64,000 bases of DNA from Octopus sinensis (GCF_006345805.1 NC_043004.1:50778001-50842000), one strand, 5' to 3'; shown: positions 23,243 to 38,195, counted from the stretch's first letter. The notes: generated by a model not told the origin, from the sequence alone. A program made the numbers and translations.

Positions 23243-24510
23243 CATGCAGGAATAAATAGACACCTATAATTTTCAAAATCTTTTATTTAATACGCAAAGC
23301 GAACAATTGAAATGTAATCGATAGGTAGGACTACATACTTTAGTATTTAGTTGACATTCTCTTTGCAGTTTTTAATTCAGATACTCTTTTTGGCATTGAA
23401 CTGATGAGCATTGTGATTGTCTCTTGTGGAATTTCTGCCCACTTTTCACACAATAATCGAAACAATTCATCTTTAGATTTAGGTTTCTGTCGAGTTTTTC
23501 GTATAGCTCTATCTAGTACGGTCCAAAGATTTTCAATTGGGTTCACGTCAGGAAATTGACTCGACCAAGGAAGCTTTTTGATCCCATTTTCTGTCAACCA
23601 TTGTTGATCCCTTTTCGCCGTGTGGCATGGAGCTCCATCTTCCATGAATAAAAACTCATTTTCGTTATGCTATCGTGTGAATACATGGGAAGTAGTCCTT
23701 GCTTAAGTATTTCGATGTATTTTTCAGAGTTTATGGTTCCAACACATTCGATCAGCTCAGAACGACCATTGCTGGTGACAGCTCCCCACACCATTACAGA
23801 GATACCGCCATGTTTCACAGTTGGTTGGAGTCGTTTCAAATCAAATTCTTGATTGGGAAGCCTCAAGACCCAAACACGTCCACTGTCTGAAAATAATGCA
23901 AATCTGGATTCATCTAAGAAAATCTCTCTATCTCAAAATGAATTGGATTTTTTTGATATCTCCTTAGCCCATTTCTTTCTTTTCATGATATTAATTGGTT
24001 GAAGGAGAGGCTTTCTTCTAGCTGCTCGTCCATAATACCCAAGCTTATGCAGATATGTAACACACGTTCTTGGACTAACTTTTAGCTGTTTTGCAATGTC
24101 AGAAGCATTCGAAGGGGTTCGTTTTCCACAATTCTCTTCAAACTGCGAAGCTTCCTTTTCGAGGAACCAGGTTGGTCGAGACGAGAATCTGTTGATTCGT
24201 TTCCTTGGCTTTTGAATTGCACTATAATTCTATTAACAGTAGCAAGAGGAATTTGAAAATTTTCGGCAATTTTTCGCTGGCTAAGACCACCCTCAGATTG
24301 CTCAAAAATACGACCTCTTTGAAAATCTGACAGTTCTGCTGAATTTTTTGTGTGTGGCATGGTTATTCTTCGCAAATGTTTAATATAATGGCACCTGGAA
24401 TGAAAAAGAATAATTACATTTTAAATTCTACACCGCTGAAAACATATTAAGACGCTTAGATCAGAAATTTTGAATATTAAAGGTGTCTAGTTACTTCTTG
24501 CATGTCTCTG
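23239..24510 (-). mobile_element. Tc1-like transposon, near full length, frameshifted transposase
   Basis: TIRs cagacatgcaggaataaatagacacct / aggtgtctagttacttcttgcatgtc. [33 protein letters not shown], and a W..Q.PD.NPIENLW motif. Confidence 0.92.
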
Positions 24511-24884
24511 TGTGCATATATACATATTGGAACATTCAACCCCCACTAAGTGTGGCTAAGTGTACCGAAGCATATACATTATGTGTGTGTCTCTTTCTTT
24601 CTGTCTCACTTTCTTCTTACTCCTATTTTTTTTTAGTTTGCGGATGAGTTCCATCTATTCATTTTGGTTTGTGGTAAGCAGCTTGTTTCCCAACCACAAG
24701 GGTTCGGTGTGATTGTGTGATGCCTTGGGCAAATGTCTTAGTGCTATAGCCTCGGGCCGACCAGAGCCTTGTGAGTAGATTTGGTTGACGGAAACTAAAA
24801 GAAGCCCGTCGTAAATAAATAAATAAATAAATAAATATATACATATTATATATATGTGTGTGTGAGTGTATGAGAGTGTGTGTA

Positions 24885-24943
<59 letters not shown>

Positions 24944-25157
24944 TAGCACGGATTGACAACCGGTAGTGGTGCGTTTATGTCACCGTAACGTAACGTAGCG
25001 ACAAAAGAGACCGATAGAGTACCAGGCTTTTAAAGTACTGGAGTCGATCCATTCGACTAAAATACCCCAAGACGGTGCCTCACCATTCCCGCTGACTTTT
25101 TTGCTCCTATGGCAATAGATTCTCATTATTATTGTTGCTGTTGTTGTTGTTGTTGTT

Positions 25158-25209
<52 letters not shown>

Positions 25210-25328
25210 TTATTCAGTAGTTTTATTTTTATAACGTGCTTTCACTTCACTACGGAGTGCAGCACTGCGTGCCTTGGGTATGTGATGTGGTTTGCTGTGA
25301 TGCTCTTATGATTACTGTATTGAAAGTA

Positions 25329-25373
<45 letters not shown>

Positions 25374-25375
25374 TT

Positions 25376-25800
25376 TGAGTGAGAGAGCAGTGCATGCCAT
25401 CAAAGTGACACTGGGGTAAAATATACAAAGCCCAGTATACCCATTATGACAACCCGTCTGATAAGGGTACACCAGGCACATGCATCACAACCATATGTGC
25501 GCGACATGGTGATCTCATATCAAGATAAACAGCGGATGACCTTGCAGGTGGGGCCCAGTTAGAATTTTCTTCAGGTCGAGTGGCCCATCCCGCTCAAAAG
25601 GTCCCTGAGTAAGGGTTGCTTTAGGATGTTGAACGAAACACCCATGTTTCCAGAGGTGAATTATTCAAACTCCAAAGAATCCCTCTCAACACATGGCTAT
25701 GATGCTCCCCCACTACTTCTGCTCGTGGTCAGAGATGCACATATCGTCAGCCACTAAGGGACATGCTCAACTGGTTAAGGTCAAACAACTGACAAGCAAC
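25376..25800 (-). mobile_element. Interspersed repeat with (AAT)n tail (RTE-associated SINE-like)
   Basis: On the minus strand it ends in an (aat)n tract at 25325-25375. The family assignment is tentative. Confidence 0.45.
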
Positions 25801-26350
25801 GAGTTGACAGAATCGTTAGCACGCCGGGCAATATGCTTAGCGATATTTCGCCCGTCGCTACGTTCTTAGTTCAAATTCCGCTGAGGTCGACTTTACTTTT
25901 CATCCTTTCGGGGTCGATAAAATAAGTACCAGTTGAACACTGGGGTCAAAGTAATCGACTAATCCCCACCTCCCTCACCTCCTTGTGGCAAAAATTTGAA
26001 ATAATAATATTATTAAGGCGACGAGCTGGCAGAATGGTAAGCATACCGAGCAAAATGCTTTGCGATATTTCGCCAGTCGCTACATTCTGAGTTCAAATTC
26101 CGCCGAGGTCGACTTTGCCTTTCATCCTTTTGAGGTCGATAAACTAAGTACCAGTAAAACACAAGAGTCGCTGTAAACAACTAAGTACCTTCCTCCAAAA
26201 TTTCAGGCCTTGTGCCTTTAGTAGAAAGGATTATTATTATTATTAATATTATTTAAGGCAGCGCGCCGGCAGAATCGTTACCGTGCCGGAAAAAATATTT
26301 TAGTGGCATTTCTTCCGACTTTACGTTCTGCGTTCAAAATCCGCCAGGAT
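25790..26350 (+). mobile_element. Cluster of three degenerate SINE family B copies
   Basis: Repeated gcgagctggcagaa...gttcaaattccgc...gtcgacttt motifs. Confidence 0.75.
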
Positions 26351-26790
26351 CGAATTAATAGATACAGGGGCTGATTCATGTGACTACAAATTCTTGAAAT
26401 TGGTGCCCCAGAATGGCCGCAGTCCATGAGTGAAACAAATAAAGAAAGCTAAAAGAAAACTTACTTGAACTTTGGTCTGTCATGGGCCCTACGACTCTTT
26501 AGGCCGGAGCTAAACTGAGGCGTATAAGCGGCTCAGATTCCAAAAATCGCTCTGGAAAGGGAAGCACATACATTGTTGGAAATAAGAGTTAAAATACTCT
26601 TTATGTTTTAGGAAGCGTGCAAATGTATACACACAAGCTGGACAAGGAAGGTAACCGCCCCATGACCGACTCAAGAATCGTCAGACTAGACGTTTAGTTT
26701 CAGCTATTCTGTAGATATCGTCAGTGAAGACTGCTCGAACGGCACATGTTCGGCTAATTCCGTCTGTCAGCGTATATGTATTTACCATAG

Positions 26791-27173
26791 GGAGGCGCAA
26801 TGGCCTAGTGGTTAGGGCAGCGGACTCGCGGTCGTAGGATCGCGGTTTCGATTCCCAGACCGGGCGTTGTGAGTGTTTATTGAGCGAAAACACCTAAAGC
26901 TCCACGAGGCTCCGGCAGGGGATGGTTGTGATCCCTGCTGTACTCTTTCACCACAACTTTCTCTCACTCTTACTTCCTGTTTCTGTTGAACCTGTATTTC
27001 AAAGGGCCGGCCTTGTCACTCTCTGTGTCACGCTGAATATCCCCGAGAACTACGTTAAGGGTACACGTGTCTGTTGAGTGCTCAGCCACTTACACGTTAA
27101 TTTCACGAGCAGGCTGTTCCGTTGATTCGGATCAACCGGAACCCTCGTCGTCGTAACCGATGGAGTGCTTCCA
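26791..27173 (+). mobile_element. SINE family C inserted at the apex of a palindrome
   Basis: Full SINE C. TSD tttaccatag/tttaccaaag. Flanks 26767-26790 and 27187-27211 are mutual reverse complements. Confidence 0.88.
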
Positions 27174-27731
27174 TTTACCAAAGACATCTATGGTAAATAC
27201 ATATACGCTGAAAGAGAGAGACAGAAACGAGACTAAACGAATGAAAGACGAACGAAACAAGAAAAAGAAGAAAGATGTTAGCTGGAAGAAAATTAATACT
27301 GATAAAAGTTATTAGTAAACTAATTAAATAAGAGCAATGTATTAGTTAGCATAATGTAATAAGTAATAATATAGTAAGTAATTACTGAATGAGTCAGACA
27401 GATGTAAAGGGGAAAAGGTAAAGGAAGGAAAAAGCTAAAAGGGAAGAAGTGATAGAAAAAGAAGAGCAAACGATAGAAAGAAAGAAGAAAAACAAAAGAT
27501 AGAAAGAAAAAGAAAGAATATTAATGATAAATAAATATTTAATTAAAATAAGAAAAATATAGATATTAATATTTAAAACTACTTGATCAATCAATGTTGT
27601 ATAGTTATAGCCAGCTGTCATTAGCGAGAGAGTAGGGTGTGGTAAGATGGACCATACCGTCACTAACTGAATTAGATGCTTGCGTAATTACATTTCGATA
27701 CATTTCCAGCCATCTCATCTTTGATCTAGTG

Positions 27732-30162
27732 CATGGATCACCAAACTACGGCCCGAGGGCCGGATCCGACCCGCTACGTCAATTTGTCCGGCCCTTTGAC
27801 GTATGCTGAAAAAGATAAACATGCTTTTATACTACTTACACTTCTTAGATTATGCATGTCGTATGTATACTGAGTCAGTCACTCCACGCGCTATGTATTT
27901 CACGCGCCATAATAATTACTACAGTACATCACGTGTGCCTCGGGCTAGTCAGTTATGAGAGGTTACAATTAAAACGCGAATATCTGACACCGAGGCCTAA
28001 GACTGCGTTTGTTTTTTCTTCACCCATCGCTATGGCTACTAAAAAGAGAAAGGTTGATGATGAATGTCGCATTTTCAATAAAGAATGGAGAGAAAAGTAC
28101 TTCTTTGGGGAAACAAACGACCAGAAAGCTAGTTGCCTGATAAGCAACGAAAGTGTTGCTGTTGTGAAAGAGTACAATATTCGTCATCACTACGAAGCAA
28201 AACATCTCTCGACACATTCTAAATATTCTGGAAAATTGCGGTCCGAGAAATTTGAATCTATGAAACGTAGTTTGGAATCTCAAAGGAATTTCTTTACGAA
28301 AAAGTTTGTTGAAAATGAATCTATCATTCGTGTAAGGTGCAAAATAGTGAACAAGTTGGCAGAGCGAGGAAAACCATTTACTGACGGAAACTTTATAAAA
28401 GAGTGCATGATGGAAGCAGTAAATGACTTGTGTCCTGAAAAAGCTAACATGTTTGGCTGTATCAGCCTTTCAGCAAGTTCAGTTGTGCGGAGAATAGAAA
28501 AACTTGGAGAGAATACACAGTTACAGATACACGAGAAAGCTAAGAAATTTTTGTGGTATTCTCTTGCAATGGATAAATCTAGTGATCTCTCTCGTGTGTC
28601 GCAACTTCTTGTGTTCATTTGTGGTGTTAAATGCAACTTTGAGATTATAGAAGAAATGGCACCCGTTTGCAGTATACATGGAACAACAACTTAAAATCCT
28701 TAAAAATGTTTTAGCCCGAAGGCCGCGGCCATGCTGGGGCACCGCCGCTGAAACTGGAGAAGATATTTTCATAGAGGTGCGGAAAACTTTGCAAAACTAT
28801 AGCCTTCAGTGGAATCAACTTTGGTGTGTCACAGTCGATGGAGGAAAAAACATGACAGGAGTGAAGAAGGGTTTGGTAGGGCGGATCCAGACCAAGCTGG
28901 AGGATCTTTAACTTCCGAAAGCTCTGTTTATACACTGCATTATACATCATCAAGCACTCTGGGGAGAAAACACTTAAATATTTCTTGCGTACTAAAACCG
29001 GTTACAACTGTAGTGAACTTTATTCGGAATCATGGGCTGAACCACCGACAGTTCCAGGCTTTCTTTGAAGAAATGGATTCTAATTTCTGTGACTTGCCTT
29101 CCTACACAGAAGTGAGATGGCTCAATTGAGGTAAAGTCCTGTTTCGTTTTTATAAGCTCCGAAGAGAAACAGATCTTTTTCTCGCCGAAAAGAATAGAGC
29201 CGATCCACAGCTGTCAGATCCTTCATGGTTATCAAAGTTGTCCTTTTTAGTTCCCATATGAATGAATTAAATTTAAAACTGCAAGGAAAGAATAACCTTG
29301 TCTTTGATCTCTACAGAATTATTGCAGCATTTCGGAGAAAGCTATCATTGTTTGAAGCACAACTTGAAGGAGGAAACTTCCCTCATTTTCAGTGTTTTCA
29401 AGAGTTTTGCATACAAAATGTGGAACATGTTAACCTCGAGTTTCAGAAAAAAATTATTCGGGTCTTAAATAAGCATTTTTCTCAAAGATTTTCAGATTTT
29501 GACAGAATTGAGAATGAAATTCTTTTGTTCGAGAATCCCTTTGGCTGCAATCTTGATAACAAGCCAACTGAACTACAACTGGAACTTATTGACAAGCTAA
29601 TACCTTGTTGATAGAGAAGCACAGAGAAGGAAAACTCATTGAATTTTATTGCTGTTTGCCTACTGATGAGTTTTCAAAATTGAAAAAAATTCACCTCAGG
29701 CATCAGTGTTTGGAACAACTTATGCTTGTGAGCAAACTTTTTTAAAAGCGAAGTGTGTGAAGTCAATACATCGAACAAGGCTCACTGATGAACATTCGAA
29801 AGCAATTCTTATGGTTGGCTGCAGCAATCATAAAGCAAATGTTGATGATATTTTGGAAGCAAAACGCCAGTTTCACAACCATAGCAGAAGACACTTGCCC
29901 AAGATGCCACGCAGTGGGACTGAACCAGGAACCATGTGGTCGGTTAGCAAGCTACTTACCACACAGCCACTCCTGCGCCTATGTGCACACTTTTTCTAAA
30001 AATTCTAACTTGGTATTATTTTGGTATTATTAAAATATGTTTATTGTTTTTTTTATTTTGTGTATTTTATATATTGATAAATGAATAGGATGACTGTCTT
30101 TATTTATTGTGTACATTCAGTGTTTTCTATATTGTGCATGAAAAATAATTTGGTGACCCTTG
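27732..30162 (+). mobile_element. hAT DNA transposon (Buster/Spin/Charlie-like), transposase pseudogenised
   Basis: TIRs catggatcaccaaa / tttggtgacccttg; TSD-like atcTAgtg/atcTAccg. KKRKVDDECRIFNKEW, GKPFTDGNFIKECM, HCIIH, EVRWL and FGTTYACEQTF. Two SINE fragments are inserted. Confidence 0.92.
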
Positions 30163-30554
30163 ATCTACCGGAACATCTAACAGGTGGACAGAGTTGCACC
30201 GACGTTCGGATGGTGCCCATTTACAGCTGAGTGTTCAAGAATACGAAGTGCCTTTCGGCTGAAGAATTGAACGCAAGACCATAATGATCAGGAGCAGAAA
30301 AAAATCTTGAAGTACTAAAGTATGTGATTTCACAATGCAATTGTTAAATGAAACAATATGAAAGAAAGGAAGGAAGAAAGAAAAATTAGAAAGTAAAAAG
30401 AAGAGAGAAAAGAAGGAAGGAAGAAAGAAAGAAAGATGGAGAGAAAGTAAGAAAGATGAAAAGAAAGACGGAAAGAAAGAAAGATGGAGAGAAAAAGAAT
30501 GAACAACTGAAAACTAAAGAGTCATCTAGTGAAAAGATGGGAAGTAAACTAATA

Positions 30555-30603
<49 letters not shown>

Positions 30604-30644
30604 TACACACACACACACGTGTGTGTTGGTATATAAAGAAATAA

Positions 30645-30875
30645 GGCGGCGAGCTGGCAGACACGTTAGCGCGCCGGGCGGAATGCTTAGCGGCATTTCG
30701 TCTGCGTTGCGTTGTGAGTTCAAATTCCGCCGAGGTCGACTTTGCCTTTCATTCTTTCGGGGTCGATAAATAAAAGTACCAGTTTCGCACTGGAGTCGAT
30801 GTAATCGACTTAATCCCTTTGTCTGTCCTTGTTTGTCCTCTCTATGTTTAGCCCCTTGTGGGCAATAAAGAAATA
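30645..30875 (+). mobile_element. SINE family B, monomer
   Basis: aaggcggcgagctggcag...gcaataaagaaata. Confidence 0.88.
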
Positions 30876-31146
30876 TATAAAGAAATTTATTAGTCACTTG
30901 TCGCAGGACACAAAGGTCGGTTACTCGGCATCCACAGCGTGTAAGGGACTGAGATCCCCTGAACAGAATTCCAGCATGTCTCAGTTACTCGCTCGACTGA
31001 AGCAACGTGAAATGGAAAGTTTTGTTCAAGAACACAGAGCACTGCTAGGTTCGAGAATCGAAACCTTAATCGTGCGATCATGAGTGCAACACTCGAACCA
31101 CAAAGCCACAAGCCTCCACTGTATATAATTTTTTATTCAAAATCTT

Positions 31147-31366
31147 AAATTTTCACTTTTTTAGAAAGTTTTTTTTTTGCGAAATACGGAGGTTATGATT
31201 TATCTATTTGAAAAAAATAGATAAATAAAATAAACATCCTTTCGGCCCTATGACACGAAGTGATATTAAAGGGTTTTCTCTACTAATCATGACGAACATA
31301 ACCCAAAATGTTGTGGTTGAGGGTCTTTTGGAATTAAGAGAGGTTTGTAAAAATTAGATTTTTTTG

Positions 31367-31398
<32 letters not shown>

Positions 31399-32291
31399 TA
31401 AACACACACACATATGTATGTATGTATGTATGTATATGTGTGTGTGTGTGTTTATGTGTGCTTGTGTATGTTTTGTATGAGTGTGTTTAGGTGACAAAAG
31501 TAAGAATCTGTGTATTGTCTTACATTAGTGAAATACTTGTCTGTGCAGGAAATGCAATGAACTGACCCGAGTCCAGGATATCTACTGGCCTGTCACTATA
31601 TGTTATTAAGCTAACAGATACATTCGAAACTACATTAAATACGCACAGGCACAAACAAACAGCGGAGGTAAAGACGATAGACCCATTGGGACTTTTTTTT
31701 TTTTTTTGCAGGAAGCCACTATATCGAGTGCGGAGATTCCGAGTCTGGAAAAAAATTTGCATTTAAAAATTTTAAATTCCCACCCTACCCAAAAATTTTC
31801 CCTTTTTAAAACTTTTCACTTTAAAAAAAAAAAAAAATTTTTTGGCGAAATACGCAAAAATAAGGAGATTATGATTCTGAAAAAAAAATTGTAAAATTTG
31901 AATTAAAAAAAATTAATAAATACGCCTCCCTCCAGCGTCCTGTGACAAGAAGTGAAATCAAAGTGTTTTCTCTACCAATGTTTCACGCATACTTTTTCTC
32001 TTTACTCTTTTACTTGTTTCAGTCATTTGACTGCGGCCATGCTGGAGCACCGCCTTTAATCGAGCAAATCGACCCCGGGACTTATTCTTTGTAAGCCCAG
32101 TACTTATTCTATCGGTCTCTTTTGCCGAACCGCTAGGTGACGGGGACGTAAACACACCAGCATCGGTTGTCAAGAATGCTAGGGGGACGAACACAGACAA
32201 CAAAAAACACACACACACACATATATATATATATTGTAATCGTCTTCTATGAGTTATACGTTCTTGTCCATGTTGTATTTTTCTACATACC

Positions 32292-32323
<32 letters not shown>

Positions 32324-32710
32324 CGACAGGCTTCTTTCAGTTTCCGTCTACCAAATTCACTCACAAGGCATTGGTCGGCCCGGAGCTATAGCAGAAGACA
32401 CTTACCCAAGATGCCACGCAGTGGGACTGAACCCGGAACCATGTGGTTGGTTAGCAAGCTACTTACCACACAGCCACTCCTGCGCCTAGAATTATAAAAT
32501 AGCAGACGCAAAAAGAATCCAAACTGAAAACCTGACATCCTAGAAACACGTTTTCAAAATCTTGATATGAATTACAAAAGAAAAAAATTTCAAAATTTAA
32601 ATTCACCTCAACCGGAAATCTGACAAGCTAGAAACAACAGCCAAACAGAGGATCAACTTTCTAAATACGAATAACCAAAAAACAGAAAAAAAAATGTTTA
32701 TGTCATTTTG

Positions 32711-32796
<86 letters not shown>

Positions 32797-33180
32797 AAAA
32801 AATCTAATTTTTACAAACCTCTCTTAATTCCAAAAGACCCTCAACCACAACATGTTGGGTTATGTTCGTCATGATTAGTAGAGTAAACCCTTTGATTTCA
32901 CTTCGTGTCATAGGGCCGAAAGGATGTTTATTTTATTTATTTATTTTTTGAAATAGTTAAGTCATAACCTCCGTATTTTTCTACGTATTTCGCCAAAAAA
33001 AAAACTTTCTAAAAAAGTGAAAATTTCAGAAATTTAGCGGGGGGTGAGGAAAGGGGGGGTGAGAAGTGGGAATTAAAATTTTGAAATGCAAATTCTTTTT
33101 GCAGATTCGGAATCTCCGCACTCGATATAGTAGGTTCCTGTAAAAAAAGAACCCCCACCCCCAAAAAAAATCCCGAAGGG
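31147..33180. repeat. Oppositely oriented copies of an unclassified AT-rich repeat
   Basis: 31147-31400 is approximately the reverse complement of 32740-33030; 31690-31790 of 33050-33160. Shares the attatgattctgaaaaaa motif with 48680-48710. Confidence 0.7.
31985..32490 (-). mobile_element. SINE family A, full length
   Basis: Reverse complement of the complete family A sequence. Confidence 0.9.
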
Positions 33181-33361
33181 AAAGCAGTCTAATGTCTTTA
33201 TCTACATCCAAACAGACACATACAAACGCGCGCACAAAGGTAGTGATAGAGTACGGAGTTAGCTGAGGTACTTAAAACAAAGAGAATCTGCCGAAACTGG
33301 AAGATGTTGCTCCAGCGGGGCCATATATTGATTAAACGAAATTTAAAAAATGAACGATATA

Positions 33362-33731
33362 TTGTTGTTGTTGGCATCCTTTTAGTCTCGGGTGACAATG
33401 GAGTTGCGCATAAGGTAGTCTAGTCCGGCTTTTACATTTCATGTCCTGATACATTTCCAGGTGTGGCTGTGTAGTCCTATCCTGGACAAACACTCCCTCT
33501 GGCAGGTACCGCAAACGTAGCGAAGACTGTTCCTGGCTGGTTGTAATGTCATAGTTTCTTGTTGACGTCTTTTCTTGTCTTTCCATTTCTCCTCTCTCTC
33601 TCTCTCTGTCACTCCTTTGTATTCCCTCTTTTACGGTACGTCGCCAGTCTCCACAGTTGCCGGCAACTGCCTCCCAACCGCTAAAGAAACAAATAAACTG
33701 TAAGTCGTACCAACTGAAAGTACTTGTAACA
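33362..33731 (-). mobile_element. RTE-clade LINE 3' end
   Basis: WEAVAGNCGDWRRTVKEGI, then shifted-frame YVCGTCQRECLSRIGLHSH (CCHH). The 3' end is ...gatgccaacaacaacaa. Confidence 0.8.
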
Positions 33732-33831
33732 NNNNNNNNNNNNNNNNNNNNNNNNNNNNNNNNNNNNNNNNNNNNNNNNNNNNNNNNNNNNNNNNNNNNN
33801 NNNNNNNNNNNNNNNNNNNNNNNNNNNNNNN
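33732..33831. other. Assembly gap (100 N)
   Basis: Run of N. Confidence 1.
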
Positions 33832-34148
33832 GTGTACAAAAACCTGACCTCGACTCCTCAGTGTCTGTACTTAACCATGTTCTAAAGACTTTACTTTCCA
33901 TTGTTCCGAACCACAACCGTCCAGAATCGTCCTATCTCTACCTACGTCAATTAGAACATGAACTATATCAACCTCACAGGCCTAGGTACACTTACAGCAC
34001 TGCTACAACTCAACCAAACAGCGTTAGCTATCTTTCTCACTCATACACATCTACTGCATTCGGTAGCACTACTTACTGCAATATCATCCGAAAAACAATC
34101 TTTTTCATTCGGTCCAAAAACGTATACATCACCCTCTAAACATTACTA

Positions 34149-34714
34149 TTGGGTTGTTCGGAAAGTTCGTGCCGATTTATAGTAGCTTACCTTTCGACTT
34201 ATTTTAGAACATGGTTGAGTCCATAAAATAGGATTTGACTACGCCTCCATTTTGAGTACAGTTTAAGTTATCTTTTCGTGGAAGAAGATTTATGTTCCTA
34301 TAACCTGTGTAAATTCTGTAACTCTTTAAAATGGAAGATAAGAAAGTTCATTTTCGGCACTTGGTGCTCTGGGAACCAGACAAAAATTGCTGCATCTCGG
34401 CAGGGATGTGTTACCCCACCCTCCATATTCACCAGATATTGCTCCTTCGGATTTCCACTTATTCAGGTCTCTACAGAATAGTCTTAATGGTAAAAATTTC
34501 AATTCCTTGGATGACGTAAAAAGATACCTTGATGAATTGTTTGCCATGAAACCACCTCAATTCTGGGAAGAGGGTATTTTCAAGTTAAAGGAAAGATGGA
34601 GATGCATTGTGCAACAAAATGGTTCATATCTGGTTGATTCAAAATGTAATGGCAAGTATTTATTGACCTTTTTCTTCCCTTTAAAAATTGGCACGAACTT
34701 TCCGGACAACCCAA
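34149..34714 (+). mobile_element. mariner internal-deletion derivative
   Basis: TIRs ttgggttgttcggaaagttcgtgcc / ggcacgaactttccggacaacccaa with TA TSD. HPPYSPDIAPSDFHLFRSL. Confidence 0.92.
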
Positions 34715-36777
34715 TACAACACCATCCTAACAACACTATCTCTCCTATTCAGTCCAACCACATGTACAGCACCCTGTAACACACCTACAATACCAACCTA
34801 ACGACATTCAGTCCAGACATATCTAAAACCTTCTGGAACATTAACAGAACATTTTCCTAACAGTACTCAGTCTAGATACGTCTACACCATCTCAGGACGC
34901 TTACTCGACATCATCCTAACGGTATTATATCTCCTACACAGTCCATATACATCTACATCACGCCCGGAATACAGCCACACTGGCACTACGTCGGTTACGA
35001 TGATGAGTGCTTCTGTTGATCCGATCAACGAAACAGTGAAATCAACGAGCAAATGGCCAAGCACCTCATAGACACGTGTACCTTCAATGTAGTTCTTAGG
35101 GAGATTCAGTGTGACACAGAATGTGACAAGGCTGGCCCTTTGAAATACAGTGGCCGAGAACTCCACAGACACGTGTACCATTAACATAGTTCTCAGGGTG
35201 AATCAGTGCAACACAAAATGTGATAAGGCTGGTCTTTTGAAACACGGGTACTAATCATTTTTTCCAGCTGAATGGACTGAAGCAATGTCAAATATAACCC
35301 ATTGCTCAAGAACAACAACACGCCGCAGGGTATCGAACTCAAGACCTTACAGTCATGAACTAAACACCCTAACCTCTGAGCCTTGCAACTTCATACAAAC
35401 ACAATAACATCTTGAGCAGCACAGCCTTAATCAACGCATATATGATCTAAGTCGTTAGAACGACGTGGTTGTTACATCGTACTTTCGATTCGTTGACCGG
35501 GTGGAGCGTTGTACTTTTGAGCAAAACACTTCATTTCACGCTGTTAAAATGCAATAAATTAGATGTATATAAGGATCCCTTCCAGGGGCACTATTATCGA
35601 TTTTTTTTCCAATAATCTGAGTATGCCATGAGGTTTCCAGATATGAGTTCTACTCACGTGTCAAGTTTCATCAAAATCAATAAAACTATGTAGGAGGAGT
35701 TAGCTAACAACTCCACAGACAAAATTTCCACAGACAAAATTTCCCATATATATAGTAAATAATCATACATACATATATATATATATAGACAATTATATAT
35801 ATACACTTGCATATATATATATGTGTATACACATACACATATATATATATATTTATACATACATACATACATACATACATACATACATACATAATACATA
35901 CATACATACATACATACATACATACATACACACATACATATATATATAATCTCAAACACACACTATATTAAGTATAAAGTACTTTGGAATTAGAAAAGGT
36001 AGAAAATTTGGGAAGTTGTGAAGTTCATGGCTTTTCCACAGGGTTAATAAATTAAGACGACCACAACCGGAAATTGAGACTGCTTCATCGACATTTTGGG
36101 TTAGTGATAAATCAATTACTCAGATTGGTATATACGATCATTGAAATATAGAACAGGTGTATAGAGACATATGCACACACGAAACAAACACATACACATA
36201 CACGCATATACACACACACACACACACACACACTAAATCTTTTTATATGTGTAGGTATATTTATTTATAGTAAGCTTGCGTGCTTATGTATTGAACACTC
36301 TTGTATTTCGCATTATTGCTTTGTGTGTGTTGGTGTGTGTGTGTGTGTGTGTGCGTGTGTGTATGCATGCGTATGTGTATTCGTATGTTCGTGTGTGTGT
36401 GTGTGTGCTCGTGTGAGTGAGTTCGTGCGTGTGTTCGTTTTTTGTGTGAGAGTGTGTGTATGTGTGTGTGCGAGTGTGTATGTGTGCATGTGTGAGTGCG
36501 CGCCCGCGGATGTATATATATATAATGTGTTGATGTATATATGCACGTGTGTGCGTGTGCATACATACATACACACATACATACATACATACCCCCACAC
36601 ATATATATAATGTTAATATATTTATGCCCACATATATATGTGTATATATATATATAATGCTAATACCCTTATGCTCATATATATACATATTTATGCATAA
36701 ATAAATTTATACATATTCGTACACACACACACACACGCATATATATACATATATATGTGTATGTACACACACATATA

Positions 36778-36816
<39 letters not shown>

Positions 36817-37640
36817 GTGTATATGTGTGTACAGGTGCGTGTTATTACATGTTATATGCATGTATATGCACGTGCATACATAGGCACATACATACATACA
36901 TACATACATACATACATACATGCATACATGTGAGTGTGTATGTAAGAACGTGCACACATATTCGTATAGGTTAGACAGACAAACAAATGGATACATGCAT
37001 ACATACATACATACATACATACATACATACATACATACATACACACATACATACATACATACACACATAGACAGAAAGACAAACAGGCAGACAGACATAC
37101 AGATATAGAGGCAGACAGATAGATATGTGTATGCATGTGTTTGGACATATAATTATATACAAACATATATCGTAAACTTATGCATATATATGCAAAATAT
37201 TGGCGAACATACAATATTTTCTTCAGTACTAATCACAGTTTTCTGTTGTTCCGAGAATCATATGTAGAAGAGACAAGTCATTAATTTGTCTGATTGAAGT
37301 ATATCGATCGCATTTCTCATAAAACATTTCACCGCTTTCAATCAGATCGAAGGTTACTTAGATTGCTTACTAAAATACCTATGGGTGTGTGTGTGTGTGT
37401 GTGTGAACATACATACATACTTACACACACACACACACACGCACATATATATATATATTGCGCAGAGCTGGCTGTGTGGTAAGAAGTTTGCTTTCCAACA
37501 ATATGGTGTCGGTTCAGTCCACTGCGTGGCACTTTGGGCAAGTGTTGTACAATGGCTTCGGGCTAACCAAGACTTGTGAGTGGATTTGGTAGACGGAAAA
37601 ACTGAAAGAAGTCCTTCTATATATATATATATATATTATA

Positions 37641-37678
<38 letters not shown>

Positions 37679-37705
37679 CATACATACATACTACATACAT
37701 ACATA

Positions 37706-38135
37706 CAGGAGGAGTTGGACAAAATAATGGAAACACCTTAAAATTTCAAACAAATTTATTTTAATATGGAGTAGGACTGCCTTTGGCAGTAATTACAGCT
37801 TGAATCCTACGAGGTATGGATTCGTACAAAGTTTAAATTGTTTCCAAAGGAATTTTTGTCCCTTCTTCAGCCGGAACAGTTTCCAGTTCTTGTAGTGATG
37901 ATGGTGGAAAATATCGACTCCTTACTTGTTTTTTCTAAAATGCACCATAAATGTTCAATAATATTGAGATCTGGGGTCTGTGGTAACCAGATAAGATGTT
38001 CAACTTTACTAGAATGTTTCTCGTGCCATTCAGTAACAACTTTAGCTGTGTGAATTGGTGCACTATCATCCTGAAAGATTGTGTTTCGCTCCAGAAACAG
38101 TTCCGCAACCATAGGATTAATTTGATCAAATAAAA
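37706..38135 (-). mobile_element. Tc1-like remnant (3' end)
   Basis: TIR after TA at 37704. FQDDSAPIHTAK...W.PQTPDLNIIEHLW. Confidence 0.85.
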
Positions 38136-38195
38136 TGTATGTATGTATGTATGTATGTATGTATGTATGTATGTATGTATGTATGTATGTATGTA

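Noticed and set aside
33832-34140. Open frame next to the gap that may be a PLE N-terminal fragment
   Set aside because: No diagnostic motif recognised.
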